Source: an uncultured Chloroflexia bacterium
Lineage (GTDB): Bacteria; Chloroflexota; Anaerolineae; Anaerolineales; UBA4823
Length of the DNA: 64,000 nucleotides
Direction: 5' to 3'
NCBI GenBank assembly: GCA_963774935.1
Contig: CAVZGO010000007.1
Location: forward strand, 407,861 to 471,860
Made by a program: the position numbers and the translations under genes. Below the pieces are notes generated by a model, which made no database searches, was not told the DNA's origin, and saw only the letters and a program-made list of their open reading frames with translations. Shown here piece by piece: positions 61,454-64,000 of this stretch (the stretch's first letter is position 1; each line of letters starts with the position of its first letter).

Positions 61454-62179
61454 CTACGACTGGTTCGCAGCCGATGCCGCAAGCGCCTTATTTTTTACCG
61501 GTCTATAAGATGTCGCTTTAACGAAACCTACATACATCAAGATTACTCCGATCAGCTCACTGATGTACAATAAATCCACCACTCCAGAGCCACGTAATGC
61601 ACCTGCTATTGCAGGAAACATAGCGCCTGTAGCGATCAAAATATTTCCGATCATCCGGTCCAGCAATACGCGTTTACGCCAGAACAGGTAGGCTGAATAA
61701 AGTGCACCACCAACAAGAGTAATCGTTCCGTAGATATTGAGGAAGATTGTCAGAGCAATAATGGAATCACTTCGCGTCAAAATATCTCGATATTGTTCTG
61801 AAACAGGCCGGAGCAAATCATATCCACTTGCAGAAGGATTCAAAGCGGTGGAAAAAACCAGCCCCACGGACAGCAGCGATAAAGCCGTCAAGATCAACGT
61901 GAGCATCCGAGCAACGCCCGGTTTACGCACCAACAACCACACAGTTCCCTGCCCCAACCAGGCTGCCGTCAGCATTGCTCCACAAACGTACCAAAGCTTT
62001 AGAAACCACTCATTGAAAGTGAAAGCTAAAAGCATTTCGGCAAGAGTACCCATGCCAAAAAACAACAGGCCGATGCTCCACATCAGTAGATGGGTGCCTT
62101 TACGGCTGAGATAGCGGGTAAATACGGCTGCAGCAAAATAGAAAGTAATGATCGTAGAAAGAATGGGAATGTAGTGCAT
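61454..62179 (-). CDS. Polytopic membrane protein (about 7 TM helices), unknown function
   Basis: The protein is 241 aa and hydrophobic throughout (IPILSTIITFYFAAAVF..., LLMWSIGLLFFGMGTLAEML...). Confidence 0.55.
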   Translation of the reverse strand: MHYIPILSTIITFYFAAAVFTRYLSRKGTHLLMWSIGLLFFGMGTLAEMLLAFTFNEWFLKLWYVCGAMLTAAWLGQGTVWLLVRKPGVARMLTLILTALSLLSVGLVFSTALNPSASGYDLLRPVSEQYRDILTRSDSIIALTIFLNIYGTITLVGGALYSAYLFWRKRVLLDRMIGNILIATGAMFPAIAGALRGSGVVDLLYISELIGVILMYVGFVKATSYRPVKNKALAASAANQS

Positions 62180-62188
62180 TCAATCTCC

Positions 62189-62831
62189 TCACGATTTAGG
62201 CTCAAATACCCGGCTCTTCAAATATTGCTCATAAGTCTCAAGCAGTTTACTGAGGATCCTGTCCGTAAAGCCAATTATCCGCCGGAACATGTCCCCCCAG
62301 GCTTGAGGGGAGCGAACGGCACCTGTTTCATATACCCCTAAAATCGACTCCAAGAGTACATTGCGGAAAAACAGATAAGCGCTGGTAGCTTCGACACTGC
62401 TCAAACGATAACGATAGCCGCGAGATGCATACTCATAGCCGAGCGCATCCGCATCGATGTTGTTAATTTCATCACCGGTTATGGAGTTAATCAATCCCTG
62501 CAGTAATGCTCGCCCGCTGTGGCGATACTGTTGGCGGGCTTCTTCATCTAACTTGATATACCAGGATTCGTTGCTCAACCGTCCTTCGCTGATGCTGAAC
62601 CGCGTGTTGCGCAGTGCATTTTCGATGACCAGGTTAACTCCATTCATCTGGTCGCTCTGCGACTGAAGCCACGCATCGATCTCGCTGGATAAATATCGAC
62701 GATGCCCTCCCTGAGTGCGGTGGCAGGCAAGAAGCCCCCGATCTGTCCAGTTCCGCACTGTGCTGGGGTGTACACCCAGACGACGTGCAGCGCCTCCCAA
62801 ACTGAGCCACTCTCCTGGAAGGTCGTGTCAT
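62189..62831 (-). CDS. MerR/excisionase-type HTH regulator with a C-terminal helical domain; apparent 1-nt insertion just after the start codon
   Basis: The HTH is EWLSLGGAARRLGVHPSTVRNWTDRGLLACHRTQGGHRRY. Only the ATG at 62831 (MTRP...) is available, and it lies in the +1 frame. Removing one C of the reverse-strand run (forward gg 62821-22) gives MTRLPGEWLSLGGAARRLGV. Confidence 0.7.
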
Positions 62832-62837
62832 ATCGAG

Positions 62838-64000
62838 CTAAACCTCCCCATCCACAGCCGCCAGCCTGATCACCGAAGCCTCGGCTAAGGGCTCAGCTGC
62901 TTGTTTACGGAACGCGTCAACGCTGACCCGGCTTAGAATTACCAGTGAAATCCCTAGAAACAAAACCTGAGTAGCAAAAGCCAGTACGTAACCCGTAACT
63001 GCCGTCTCAGGGGATTGATTCACCATATCCCGCACGACCGCGGTGGTAAAGGAGCCAAGAAATCGCGCGAGCGCACTGGCTGTTCCCCAGGCGCCAATAA
63101 ACAAACCCACTTTGCCTGGAACGGTCATATCCAACATCAAGGACAGGTTGGCAACCGTTGCTGGACCAGTCGCCAGGCCCAATAAAACAACGCCAGCATA
63201 AAAAAGACCCAATTGCGTACTCAAACCGCTGGCGGCAATCAGCAAGAAAGCCAGGATTGCACCCAGGGAAGCCATGCGCACCACTGTAATTTTGGCTGCT
63301 TTTCCCTCAAGCAAGCCCGTGACCACGAGAGAGAGCAGATAACACACCCCCCAAATTGTTGTTATTCGCGTTGTAGCATTCACCGGTAATCCGAAAGCAC
63401 GCGCTGCAAATGGCTCAAGAAGCACATCTTGCCCCAGGATGGCGGCTAACATCATAATCAAATAAAGGAAGAAAAGAGTAGTCTGCTTATGGGATAAGAT
63501 TTCCCCAACAATACTGTGCAGAGAATATCGATGATCGGTCTTCGCAATCACCGAACGCTTTTCAAGGCCAATCAACCCGATCAAGCCCATTACCAATGCA
63601 ACCATGGCAATGATCACAAAAGAGCGCTGCAAGGCTTGATCAGAGAATGGCTGCAGCATGTGACTCAAGCCGGCGGACGAGATGATGATGCTAACGATCA
63701 TTATGAAGAACATTATTGCAGTTGTCTTAGAACGACCATTCTCTCCTGAAATCTCTGAAGCCAGGGAGAAATAAGCAACCGATGCAAAGTTAAATCCCAT
63801 ACCCCAGGCACCATAAGTCAGCAGACCCAGTCCCAGCCCTGCCCAGAAATTTTCTGATAGCGTCAGCGCCACCCGTGTAGACATCAGCAGCCCGGCGACA
63901 CAAAGCAAAAGACCAATCAGGATATAAGGAGAGCGCCGGTATCCCATCACTGGATGAGAATCCGAGAATGATCCTATTGCGATTTGAATGAAAGAAATCA
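62838..64000 (-). CDS. MFS transporter, BCD/PucC-like family (5' end beyond the right window edge)
   Basis: The frame stays open upstream of the track start (…IAIGSFSDSHPVMGYRRSPYILIG…) to the window end. At least 10 TM helices are visible. Confidence 0.7.
   Translation of the reverse strand, partial: ISFIQIAIGSFSDSHPVMGYRRSPYILIGLLLCVAGLLMSTRVALTLSENFWAGLGLGLLTYGAWGMGFNFASVAYFSLASEISGENGRSKTTAIMFFIMIVSIIISSAGLSHMLQPFSDQALQRSFVIIAMVALVMGLIGLIGLEKRSVIAKTDHRYSLHSIVGEILSHKQTTLFFLYLIMMLAAILGQDVLLEPFAARAFGLPVNATTRITTIWGVCYLLSLVVTGLLEGKAAKITVVRMASLGAILAFLLIAASGLSTQLGLFYAGVVLLGLATGPATVANLSLMLDMTVPGKVGLFIGAWGTASALARFLGSFTTAVVRDMVNQSPETAVTGYVLAFATQVLFLGISLVILSRVSVDAFRKQAAEPLAEASVIRLAAVDGEV

Noticed and set aside
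2364-62831. Programmed ribosomal frameshifting as the explanation for the split genes
   Set aside because: There are no slippery heptamer plus stimulatory structure patterns. The breaks occur in unrelated housekeeping genes at plain 2-4-nt homopolymers, in both +1 and -1 directions. This is an error signature, not a conserved recoding signal.

Overview
This is a 64-kb, mostly high-GC bacterial chromosomal segment. Hand-counted 60-nt lines give about 57-68 % G+C. The protein set includes a RodZ-like protein, PAS/GAF histidine kinases, and many secreted proteins with Pro/Thr-rich linkers. That set suggests a Chloroflexota (Anaerolineae-type) genome, but this is an impression I cannot verify here.

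The regions 1-17.3 kb and 34.3-64 kb look like core genome. They carry recO (partial), rplI, rimO, a cysQ/HAL2-like nucleotidase, a GT39 glycosyltransferase, two kinase/regulator sets, tRNA-Arg, surE, two more IMPase-family genes, hutI, aspA, miaB, slyD, an HtrA-like protease, lipB, a class-V aminotransferase, an RlmD-like methyltransferase, holA and an MFS transporter (partial).

The region 17.4-34.2 kb is an accessory, defence-type island with five parts:
- An internally deleted IS21-like element (17381-18068).
- A strongly AT-rich ~7-kb block (18.07-25.06 kb). It carries a tightly packed six-gene operon plus a decayed seventh gene. The genes encode an Fmt/ArnA-like formyltransferase, an LmbE/PIG-L deacetylase, an ADPRase-type Nudix hydrolase, a Cys->Asp MurA-type enolpyruvyl transferase, a TM/coiled-coil protein and a 680-aa TPR + PNP/nucleosidase-fold protein. 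I cannot match this set to any named system, and it is my top candidate for something new.
- IS630-like and IS21-like transposase debris (25.06-26.13 kb).
- One seven-gene overlapping operon, abiEi-abiEii-hsdR-vapB-vapC-hsdM-hsdS (33949->26161).
- Two perfect long hairpins at the island's right edge.

Outside the island, four things stand out:
- A near-consensus promoter overlapped by a GAAC-N4-GTTC (LexA-type) palindrome in front of a P-loop ATPase operon.
- A 14-repeat propeller-like secreted protein next to a C39-like peptidase.
- A Cys-rich secreted-protein operon.
- A 4 x 12-nt tandem repeat.

Data-quality caveat: at least ten single-nucleotide frame breaks sit in short homopolymers, in rimO, cysQ-like, the murA-like gene, a LysM gene (three breaks), a Cys-rich gene, lipB and an HTH gene. 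These most likely reflect indel sequencing errors rather than biology.
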